Positions 36,224 to 47,598 of a stretch of 47,598 nucleotides of DNA are shown one piece after another. The notes under the pieces were generated by a model, which worked only from the letters and a program-made list of their open reading frames with translations, made no database searches and was not told the origin of the DNA. This DNA is from Proteromonas lacertae (lineage: Eukaryota). How positions within the stretch are numbered: position 1 is the first letter of the stretch; the number at the start of each line of letters is the position of its first letter. The stretch is taken from assembly GCA_002245135.1 (NCBI GenBank), contig NGBS01000344.1:1-47598 (forward strand). Direction: 5' to 3'. The translations under genes and the position numbers were made by a program.

Positions 36224-38680
36224 ATGAAAATGTCATTCTTTAAAAGAGTAGTGAGAGGTGTATTAACTGCACTATTATCATCGAAAATACATGTATTTTA
36301 AAATCTTTTTATCTAATAGCCAGAAGAAATAAATGGTGTGAATGGAAGTTTAGTTGTTAAGATTACCAAAAAGTTGAATAATAAGGCTATAAAAGTGTTA
36401 AATATTGTTGGAATAAAAGAAAAGAAAATACTGAAATTTTTAGAGACTAGTTCAATATTGTTAGAGTGTTGTAGTTCATTCCTATATCCATTTGAAACCC
36501 CCAAATTCGGGTATAATACGATAATATTAGAACGACAATACTATTTTAGAGACTTAAAAGAGATAGTTCATAGTAAGTCATTTGTAAGTGGTTATATTTG
36601 TAGTATAATAAGTGGTATATGTAACATATTGATGATATTAAATGAGTATGATGTAGTGATAAGTAATTTGAAGAGCTCTAATGTAATATATGAAAGAGAG
36701 GATGATGTATATGATAATGTAAAGATATGTGATTTATTGGTTGATAATTTGAGAAGTGAAAATGAAGATATAAAAATATACAATATAAATTATCAAAGTC
36801 CAGAAGAATTAAATGGGCTAGAATGTAATGATCGAAGTGTGATTTGGTCAATTGGTTGTATATTATATGAAATAATCAACAAGAAATTGCCATTTTCAGA
36901 AGATGATGATATGAATAAAACAAAAGAGAATATACTGAGATGTAATTATAATTTAGACAACGAATGTGATGAAATGATGAAAGAAATGTTATTAAGAATG
37001 TTAATAGTAAACAATGAAAATCGAATAAGTTTAAAAGAGTTGAGAAAAGAGATGATAAAGATGAGTGAGATAATAAAAGATGAAGAAAATGTTTTAATGA
37101 TATATAAAGAGAGAAAAGACTTATTCTTCAATAATGATAATGTAATTGTAAGCCTTCCAATCACGTATCCAAAAGAATATTATATTCAAAGTGATAAATG
37201 GAAAGAAATTCGGAAGAATTGATGAATATTACAATAATAAACCAAATGAAAAAGTGTTGGCAATACTAATGATAATGAAATTATACAAAAAGGATAGATC
37301 AATAAGAAATAAATTAAAGTTTCAGATTAATCATAAATGTAAAGAAAGAAAAGAATGTTGATTAGATGAAATGATATTTTATATAAATACTAGTTGTGAA
37401 GATAAAGAAACAGTGATAGTCAATTCATATTGTGTTTGTATATGTGATGAAGGAATTAAATATTTGTTCAGAATATTGAAACTAATAGATCCAATAAAAC
37501 TGAAATTCAGTATAATTATAATCCTTTTTATTTGATTAGATAACGGTATTCCAGTCCAATATCAGCCATTATTTGCATTATATATTCCTAAATTATCAAA
37601 TCTCCAAGAATTATATTTAGAAGGTGCTAATATTACTTTTAATTTTATAGAACCGTTCATCAAATCAATTTCATTAATGAAATTGAAATATTTAGAGCTT
37701 CATTGTATTTATTGTTTTATTATTATAATATTATATCTAGTTAATCCAATTTATCCAGAAAGCTTCTAATTATTACTTTCATATTTACATTTATTAATCG
37801 ACAAAAATAATCAACTGATTCTAAGTATGATGCATTTAAATGATGAATCAATGATATTATTATCAAAAGAGTTATACAAATATCCTAATGTTGAAAAAAT
37901 AAATATCAGAGAAAACGAAAATATTCATTCTGTTGGTTTAAAAGCCTTATTCTCCAAATTCCCTATGTCAAAAATCGAATTTGATTTTAATCGATGTAAA
38001 GATTTACTGTTAAATAAAGATATTCCCAAATTAATTACATTTCCTGAAAACAGTTACAATTTATTAAATATAAGAGATTTAAAAATTAATGATGAATTTT
38101 TCAAGTCAATGATAAGTCTAAGATTCGATGAAATTTTATGTGTAAAAGAATTAGATTTGAGAAGTATAATTATATATTTTATATACTTACTCTTATAGAT
38201 AATAAACTAACATATAAAAGTATAGAAATACTAGTTAAGAATTTGTCTTCGTTTTCTGATCTTATAAAGCTTCGTTTAAATGGAAACAAGATAGGAGATA
38301 CAGGAATGAAAATATTATGCGAATCTATTATTTAGATTTGTTAAAAAGCTGCAATGAAATAAATTGCTCAAGTATAATAATAATGATAATTTTGATATGT
38401 AATAAAAATGGGATTATCTTCAAATGGATTGAAGTTTCTATTAGATGGTTTAAAGAAAATTGATGATAGGATAGTGCTTGATATAAGTGATAATAGTATA
38501 GATTCAGATGGAATAGAATATTTGGATAATTATATGAAAGAAAATGATAAAATTAAAGAGTTAATCATGAATAGTATATTTATATTTAATGTTTAAATGT
38601 TTATTTAATAGACACTGCAACTGGTGATAATGTATTTAATGAAGAAGAGTATAAAATAGAATCATGTTGTAGAATAATGT
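36224..38680 (+). pseudogene. Second (pseudo)kinase-LRR paralogue
   Basis: NLKSSNV, YQSPEEL, SVIWSIGCILYEIINKKLPF; LRR exons collinear with 26711-29415; frameshift and stop near 37220-37360. Confidence 0.75.
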
Positions 38681-41448
38681 AATTATTTGTCCTTAAATTG
38701 CTATGTATATATATTAGTTGATGTTTATGTGACTAAATATGTAATTAACTATACTTTTGAACAAGCATACTGAAAAAGTATATCTTTCCTAATATAATTA
38801 AATCTATTACAGTTAAACATCTTTTTTAAGTTAAATCTCCTGTTGAATAACATGTTCATATTTTAATGCATCTATTTATTGAATTTTATCAGCAGTATAG
38901 AATGATTTAAAAAAATAAGCTTGATTTATTTCAAGAAATTTCTGAGATTTATTGTTTATAGGTAATTTTGGGAAAATTTTGTAGAAAGAAATCTTGTACA
39001 TATAAAAGTGACTAATCCTTAGAAGTATATAAAAGTTGAATATATTTTTAAAAATAGTGGTAGATGTTGAAGTGATAGTTGTATTTGATAATATTAGTTT
39101 GAAATTAGAGAAATAGAAAGTGCTATGATTTGTGGATGTAATTATTGAGAAAAAATATATATAGAATAATGATAATACAATAGAAAGAAGACAATGATTA
39201 GTATATTGTGTATATTTGAGAATATATGTAATATATTTGGATGTAGGAGTTTAGAGGATGTGAATAGTTTGAAAAGAAGATGATTTAATTGTAGATTTTG
39301 TGTAAGAATACTCATCATAAGATTTGAATATGTTCATACGATAGTCTTTAATTTATTAATAGAGTAAAATAATAATATGTTAGCAATGTTTTATTGTAAC
39401 TAGTTCAAGTCAATTAAACAACTTTCGTACCTGAATATTGATTTATATGCTTCTTTACAAACTACATCATGAAAATCAATTATTCTGAAAAGTATTATCT
39501 CTTAACTGAATCTCAAAGAAAAATAAAAAACAAAAACGAAAAACGAAAAACGCGATCTGAGTCAAGTATACTAATCCTATTTGTGTAATGTAGTGGTTAG
39601 AAATATATTTTGCTTAAATTGTATCATAGATGTGAAATATCATGTTCAATTATATAATTTGACAGATATTTTGATATATTTAATGTAGATAGAATAAAGA
39701 CTGTAGAAAATGACAGTTTTTAGGTAAAAAAAAGTAGAGATGGAACACAAATATTATCACCTGAAAGTGAGTGACTTTTTATAGTCTCTTTTAAGCCATG
39801 CATATAATAGTTTCTTTCTAATATCATCGTATTATCTCCGCTTATTTGTGTTTGTAATGGATAGGTTAAGGATTGACAATCACAAAGTAAAGAATTCTTC
39901 TCTAAGAATTTTAATACATTTTTTTCTTTCATCCATTCAACATTTATCATCTTTACCATCATTTACACATCATTATCATTGATTATTATTAAATCCACTT
40001 CATTATCATTTCTTTCTTCTTTATCTAGTATCTATTCATAAATTATATGATAATACTCTGCAATTCGGTATATTTGATTTTAATAGCGCTTCCATATTAT
40101 CTATTTGAATGAATTGAGCTTTTTGAATTTCTAGTCGTTTCAATTTTGAATATTCTTTTCTTCTATTCTGTTCTAGTGCCCTAGTCTGCTTTTTATTTAA
40201 TTCTGTTAACATTTGTGTTCCATCTCTACTTTTTTTTACCTAAAAACTGTCATTTTCTACAGTCTTTATTCTATCTACATTAAATATATCAAAATATCTG
40301 TCAAATTATAAAATTGAACATGATATTTCACATCTATGATACAATTTAAGCAAAATATATTTCTAACCACTACATTACACAAATAGGATTAGTATACTTG
40401 ACTCAGATCGCGTTTTTCGTTTTTCGTTTTTGTTTTTTATTTTTCTTTGAGATTCAGTTAAGAGATAATACTTTTCAGAATAATTGATTTTCATGATGTA
40501 GTTTGTAAAGAAGCATATAAATCAATATTCAGGTACGAAAGTTGTTTAATTGACTTGAACTAGTTACAATAAAACATTGCTAACATATTATTATTTTACT
40601 CTATTAATAAATTAAAGACTATCGTATGAACATATTCAAATCTTATGATGAGTATTCTTACACAAAATCTACAATTAAATCATCTTCTTTTCAAACTATT
40701 CACATCCTCTAAACTCCTACATCCAAATATATTACATATATTCTCAAATATACACAATATACTAATCATTGTCTTCTTTCTATTGTATTATCATTATTCT
40801 ATATATATTTTTTCTCAATAATTACATCCACAAATCATAGCACTTTCTATTTCTCTAATTTCAAACTAATATTATCAAATACAACTATCACTTCAACATC
40901 TACCACTATTTTTAAAAATATATTCAACTTTTATATACTTCTAAGGATTAGTCACTTTTATATGTACAAGATTTCTTTCTACAAATATTTCCCAAAATTA
41001 CCTATAAACAATAAATCTCAGAAATTTCTTGAAATAAATCAAGCTTATTTTTTTAAATCATTCTATACTGCTGATAAAATTCAATAAATAGATGCATTAA
41101 AATATGAACATGTTATTCAACAGGAGATTTAACTTAAAAAAGATGTTTAACTGTAATAGATTTAATTATATTAGGAAAGATATACTTTTTCAGTATGCTT
41201 GTTCAAAAGTATAGTTAATTACATATTTAGTCACATAAACATCAACTAATATATATACATAGCAATTATAAGGACAAATAATTACATTATTCTACAACAT
41301 GATTCTATTTTATACTCTTCTTCATTAAATACATTATCACCAGTTGCAGTGTCTATTAAATAAACATTTAAACATTAAATATAAATATACTATTCATGAT
41401 TAACTCTTTAATTTTATCATTTTCTTTCATATAATTATCCAAATATTC
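38516..41448. repeat. 1.24-kb inverted duplication (arms 38516-39752 and 40211-41448, ~460-bp spacer)
   Basis: Arms are reverse complements with only a few differences seen. Confidence 0.95.
39753..40095 (-). pseudogene. 5' fragment of a third kinase-LRR paralogue, in the spacer
   Basis: MVKMINVEWMKEKNVLKFLEKNSLL...MILERNYY aligns to the N-termini of the other two paralogues. Confidence 0.65.
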
Positions 41449-44400
41449 CAGCTGATAAACAGAACAGGGTCAAGTACTATTTAGATAAGGTATTCTCGTA
41501 GTAATATGTGTGTAGGTTAAACAGAGGTTTGCTGGTGACCCAACAGTCTTCCAACAGTTCATCGAGATTCTTAGAAAGTTTAAGCAAAACCTGTATATAA
41601 TTGCCTTATATTTATATGAATCTAGAATGGCGGTTACAGAGGTTATTTCTAAAGTAAAAACTCAGTTTAAAGATCAAGATGATTTACTTCAAGATTTTTC
41701 ATTATTTTTACCACCAAATTCAAATATATCGCAAGATGTAAGTGTGGTAAACGTGGCTGGTGCGTTTATCAACAAAGTCAAAGATGTGTTAGATGTCGAT
41801 TCAGTTAAATATAAATCGTTCTTAGAGCTTGTGGACCAATACCAAAAGCGTGATAAGGCTTATATAGACTCAAAATTGGCATTTATATTCGAAGGTCATG
41901 TAGACTTGATAGAAGAGTTTTATAAGTTTGTAAATAGTGCACAGATGCAAAAGCCCAAGAAAACTCAAATTAAACCTCCTCTAATTCAACCATTACCAGC
42001 CATTCAAATTCAACCAATACATCCACAACAACAAACAATAATCAAGCCAGCAGCAAGGGAAGAAGAATCAACTTCAGATATAGAAACAGAAAATGGAACA
42101 CCAAGAATAGACGAAATAGATGATGAATTTATAGATATACAAAATGAATTTATGTTAACAATATCAGAGAGAAGTCTTTTTGAAAGAGTATATATTGTTT
42201 ATATTTATATTTATACTTAAATATCTAATAAATAGGCAAAATATGCATTAGGTTCACCAGATGTGTATAAACAATTCTTAAAAGTGTTGAGTTTATTCTC
42301 AGATGTATATTAAATAATATAATAATATATAGAAAATAATCACAGATATTGAATTTTACAGTTTACTTCGAAATCTCCTCCCTTCTACCTCCAAAATTCA
42401 TGATTCTATCTATTATTCCATAAAACTCTTATTAGTAGGATATGGCATATCACCTCCACCAGATGATCATCATTATAGTGAAATTATACCAATAGCCTCC
42501 TATGTAAGAGGTGCAACACCTTCCTATCGTAAAACACCTGATAGTTTCCCTACCTTATCAGCATTTATTAAAGATTATAGAAAAGATTCTGTCACTAATG
42601 ATAGATGGATTACCTTACCTGAGATGTTAGGAGATGATTATCAGTTTAAACCAGCAAGACAAACATCTTATCATTATGAACTGTTTAAATGTGAAGATGA
42701 TATGTATGAAATAGATATTATATTGGGACATCATCGTTCATGTATAAAGGAATTAACAAGATTGTATGATGAAGCAAATGCTATTAAATCGTTAAATGTA
42801 TATATTTCTATTATGTATTTTAATAGTATGGTGATGATTGTCAATATCACATCAGTCGTGAAAGTATCAACGCAATTCACATCAAAGCATTAAACAGACT
42901 CTATGGTGACAGTACTCAAGATATCTTAGAAGCACTTTACAAACATCCTTATGAGGTATTACCTATCTTAATCAACTCATTAAATAAGAAAGAAAAAGAA
43001 TGGTTAAGTCTAAAAGAACAATTTGATATAAAATTAAGAGGTGTAATGAGAGAGAATTATTATAGAAGTTTAGATTTCGTTGGTTATTTCAATAAACAAC
43101 AAGATAAGAAATCATTATCAGCAAAATCATTAGTTGAATCAATTAAGAAGTTATGTACTGCTTATATTAATAAAAGAACTGAAAAAGGTACTTCTTATAT
43201 TACACCTACTTTATGTGAAGATGAAAAACCTGAATTTATATTTTCATTTCCTGATCCAACGATTCATCGAGATTTATACAAACTGATATTAATATTATGT
43301 GAGAAGAAAATGAGTGTAGCAGAAATAGTATATTATATTTATTATTTATTATATAGATGAAAGTATATTCATTATGGAATACAATGATTATTCATCTCTT
43401 TGGACTTCCATCTAATTATATGAATCAACCAAATGAATATACATCAATTTTAAAGCCAAATACTCATGTAAGAACAAAATATGGTGATGGAATAGTAGTA
43501 AATTATGATGAGAATATGTATAAGAATAATTACAAAGTTAAGTTACCATTTGGATATGCTATTTGCAGTAGAGATGATATTCAAGATTTAGATTTGATCA
43601 ATTTAAGGCAAAAAGAGTTTGATAATTCAACATTAAAGTATCAACAACCAAATACAATGAATCATTCATTAACGCTATATTGTAATATGTATATGTATTG
43701 CTTTTTCAGATTATATCAAATGTTGTATGATCGATTATTACAAGTGAAAGAATGTAGTAAGAATAGAAAAGTAGATGAGAATTCTAGAAGTATATATATT
43801 TTTTTATTATATTATAGTTGAAGAGCAAGTATTATTCAAATTACATGATAGAAATAGCAGCAGATTATTATATGAAGATTATTTAACTTATTTGTATGGT
43901 TTAATTGATGAATCTTATGAAAATCAACAAGTAGTTGATGAATGTAGAGGTTTATTTGGCTTAGAATGTAATAAAATCGGCATGTTTGATCGATTATTAA
44001 CGCAATTCTTAAAACATTTAAAATACTTCTCATCTGATGAAATGTGCTTGAAACTTCGAGCTTTACATTATCATGAATACAATAAAGAATCATTCAATAT
44101 TACATCATATCAATCTAATGTATTATATCTATTAAGTGAATTAAAAGGAGATTGTATTAGAATTGATTTTTGTAGAGAAAATGAAAATAGTTATGAATGT
44201 TGGACTAATACAAGATATTGGTATGTTGGTACGCCTTCACATAGTGATTCTAAGTTATATAAAAGAGAAGGTGATTCTGCATTGTTGCAACCATTAAAAT
44301 CAATTATTAAAAAGATTGAAAATCCTACTTTAGATACTGATGAGATTTCAATTCCATATTTGTTTAGAAATAAACGTGAAGGATTGAAAAGATCTGCGTA

Positions 44401-44500
44401 TACACTTGTTGAAGATGGTTTACAATATCAGAAAGATAGTTATGTAATGGGTTCTGAAGATTATATGGTGAGATTAAAGAAGAAGAGAAAAACTGATTAG
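41449..44500 (+). CDS. SIN3: Sin3 co-repressor (PAH domains, HDAC-interaction domain, C-terminal domain); start codon missing
   Basis: YYLDK|VKQRF...FIEILRKFK, FKDQDDLLQDFSLFLP, FEGHVDLIEEFYKF (PAH); TPSYR, NDRW, YELFKCEDDMYEID, NYYRSLD, FFRLYQMLYDRL; many short introns. Confidence 0.92.
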
Positions 44501-44596
44501 TTATGTTTATAAAAAAATATATAAAATTACCTTTCTATTATATTAACAAGTAAATAAACAAACATATACTAATTGTTGTGTTGATTACTGGGAAAA

Positions 44597-46121
44597 TTAA
44601 TCATTTTTCTGTCTAACTAAATAATAATCTTTATTATTAACTTTATAATTGATTCTAATACACGGAGAGTAATAATTCATTCTTCCCAATATGAAATCTC
44701 TTAATGCCAAGCCTAATCCAACTGCTGGTACTACTTTCAATGTAGTTACTCCCAAACCGTGATAAAAACCTTTCCAACCAGCTTCTTTATAAATATATTT
44801 CACTAATTTAACGAATTTTGAAGGTATGTCAATTTCTTGATATTGACTTTCTAAAAAGGCTGGATGAGATAATTGCATATTTCTTCTGATTAAATCGAAG
44901 GGATATGTAACTACTTGAGCACAAATACCTGATATTAAACCACAACATAATAACTTAGGAAATGAAGGTTCCCATAATTCAAAGGTTTTATATCTTAATA
45001 AATCTTGAAATGATTGTTGAATTGATACAAACATTCCAACTGATAATAATGAAGGAAACAAACCTTTATACAAGCCTTTAAAACCTTCTTCCATTCTTAT
45101 AGTCTTAATTGCATTAATCATACCGTCATAATACATCCTATTTCTGCCTTGTAATGCTAAACGAGATCTAACTAAATCCATTGGATAAGTTATTAATGTG
45201 GCAGTTAAACCTGATAATCCACCACACAGTAATCTGATTGGTAGATTACTTTGACCATCTTTTATACCAAATAATTTCAAATAAATTGCATAACTCCATG
45301 TTACACATCCATTAAATGGTATTACTTTTATACAATTGGTTAAATTACCTGCATATAATCCTCTTATTCCATCTCTCAATAATATTTCACTAAAAACCGA
45401 TTTGATTGGTTCTGAACCTGATATTTGTACATTTATTCTTATTACATCTAAAGGAGCAGTGATACAACGAGAAATTAACCCAGAAACAGCACCAGCAATA
45501 AAAGAATATGAATAAGAAGTTGGTACAACAGTTGGAACTCCCATGTCAAAATATCCTTCTAATACATCTCTTATTTTAACAGAATTATTTAAAGAATATA
45601 AAGGTATTTTGTAGTAAGTGATTGGAAATTTAGTGAAAAATGTTAAAAATTCTTCTTTCGTTAAGAATGTGTTTGAATTCTTTTGAAAAGGAAAAATGGT
45701 AGTGATTATGTTTCTCAAATCATTATGAGATATTGTCGATCCTACTGATTTTAGTAATGAGTATATCTGTGTATCTGATACTACTCCTGTTTTCTTTGCA
45801 TCTATTTCATCGTAAAGAACTGAAGCAAAAGATTGACGAATTAATGTTATATACTCATCATAATCTGTTTTTTCAGGAACATCAACTCCTCCAATGTCTA
45901 TTCCAGCAGATTTTAAAGATTCTGCTAATTCTTCTTTCGATAAATAACCATCACAATCTTCATCATGTTGTTCAAATATTTGCTCTATTCTTTCATCGGT
46001 AGATAAATACAGCCACCATCGTATTCTAAATCATATATCTATTGTTATACATATATTTTTGTTGATTTGGTCTAAACTTATCTAACCAATTTAAATTTGT
46101 ATATTTTGCTAGAATTGACAT
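44597..46121 (-). CDS. Mitochondrial carrier with N-terminal EF-hands (SCaMC/APC-like)
   Basis: Three PxDxxR signatures (PLDVIR, PMDLVR, PFDLIR). Frame is open upstream of the listed ORF through EF-hand DEDCDGYLSKEE; probable ATG at 46121 with one short intron. Confidence 0.85.
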
Positions 46122-46235
46122 TCAACTGTAAAGTTTATATGCAAAAGTCTATATGCTACAAATTAGAATAAAGAATTATGTATTTTAATGGTAAATTTGA
46201 CATTTTTACGTAGAGTAAGTTCTTTTTTGCATTCT

Positions 46236-47598
46236 ATGGAAGAAAGCACACAAACAATGCGACAAAGGAGCTTTGACTCCGAAAGAAATCCAGATGAAAA
46301 TGTAGAATTTGCATCAATGAGAAAGCCTGAAATAGTATTTAAGTAGAATTAGATTGAATAGACATCTATCAATGAGTTACAACCTGATCCATCCAAAGAT
46401 AAAGGCAATATAATTCTATTATTAATATTATACACACTACAAGGAATTCCAATGGGACTTGCTGCTAGTATTCCGTTGATATTACAAAGTATCATATAAC
46501 ATACACTGATCAAGCTGTATTTTCAAATGTATCTTGGCCTTACAGTATGAAGTTATTATGGGGCTCCAATTGTGATTCAGTATTTGTGAAATCTTATGGA
46601 AGAAGAAAGAGCTGGATAATTCCAGTCCAAATGATAGTGGTTTATTATTAGTAATATACTCTTTCCGAATCAATTCTTTACTAAATAACTCTGAAGGACC
46701 TTATATTTACACTTTAACAATTTTATTCTTTGTTTATATTTTTTAGTTGCAACTCAAGTATAATTAATATAATATAATATATAATATATATATGAAATAG
46801 GATATAGCAGTGGATGGATTAGCAATTTCAATTTTAAGACCCGAAATAAAGGATATGCTTCAACAACAAATGCAATTGGTCAAACAGTTGGTTATTTTAT
46901 TAGTTATGCTGTTTTTTTGGCATTTAATAACGCTGATTTCTGTGATTATTTCCGTTCAACTCAATCCATAAAGTATAAATATAAATTTAATAATTTATAA
47001 ATAAATAGCCATTTTTCGATTTATCTAGTTTTATGTTACTTTGTGGAGTAGTATTTATAATAGTTACATTATTGGTAAGTGGAATGAAAGAAAAAGATGA
47101 AATAGAAAATGAGATTCCAAATGTGAAAGAAAGTTACAGTGAAATAATGGGAGTAATAAACTAAAGAATGTTTTAATATTGTCGTTAGTGTTAGTGACAT
47201 TTCGATTAGGTTTTTGTGTAGCTGAAGATGCATTTATGTTGAGATTAATTGAAATTGGTATTCCTGAATATCATGTAGCAATGATTGGAGTGTTTTATTT
47301 TCCAATAGAAATATGTATATATAATAATAATAATAATAATAAATAGTTATAACAAGTTATGTAAGTAAATACACCTCTGTCCAGAACCTTTCAAATATTT
47401 CTTATTTGGATATATATTAAGATTATTTATGAGTTTGAGTTATGTGATAATTCTTCAAATAATGCCTAGTAGTGTAGTTAGTAGTTCACTTTGGAAATAT
47501 TATATATTGATCTTACCATTTTTTATATTTCATCGAATAGCTTGTAATATAATGTTTGTTAGTAAAGTATATATGCTTATTATTTCTTCTATAATTTA
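46236..47598 (+). CDS. SLC33A1: Acetyl-CoA transporter 1-like (MFS/AmpG family), 3'-truncated by the window, with apparent frameshifts
   Basis: DKGNIILLLILYTLQGIPMGLAASIP, SWPYSMKLLWAPIV, GRRKSWIIPVQ, ATQ|DIAVDG, YASTTNAIGQTVGYF. Confidence 0.88.

Noticed and set aside
2972..46673. Short antisense or low-complexity ORFs in the track (e.g. 2972-3181, 7629-7814, 17603-17809, 20301-20555, 24984-25232, 45733-46002, 46482-46673)
   Set aside because: They are shadows of real genes on the other strand or frame, or AT-rich chance ORFs without motifs.

Overview
Very AT-rich eukaryotic (protist) genomic DNA with many short GT-AG introns of about 25-46 nt. The intron size, gene content and occasional downstream TGTTTGTT suggest a Blastocystis/Opalinata-like gut stramenopile (inference). 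The left ~17 kb is a stack of mobile DNA. (1) An endogenous Polinton-like/virophage-type virion module: intronless, head-to-tail minor capsid, major capsid and A32 packaging ATPase genes, with the ATPase running off the window edge and missing from the ORF track. (2) A hAT transposase gene split exactly in its catalytic DG|WT motif. (3) The interrupting 8,486-bp Ginger/Tdd-type DNA transposon, with TGT...ACA ends, ~90-100-bp TIRs and a 5-bp TSD GGATG. It encodes a retroviral-like integrase linked to a Ulp1-type protease and carries captured host gene fragments plus a 277-bp tandem array. The rest holds two Crinkler/RHS-like double P-loop genes, a foldback repeat, RWDD2-like, BTB, pseudokinase-LRR paralogues, a GH27 glycosidase, a non-autonomous hAT element with an 8-bp TSD, a 1.24-kb inverted duplication abutting a 5'-truncated Sin3, an EF-hand mitochondrial carrier and an acetyl-CoA transporter. 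Single-base frameshifts are common, even in housekeeping genes, so some apparent pseudogenes may be consensus errors. All calls come from reading motifs by eye; no database search was run.
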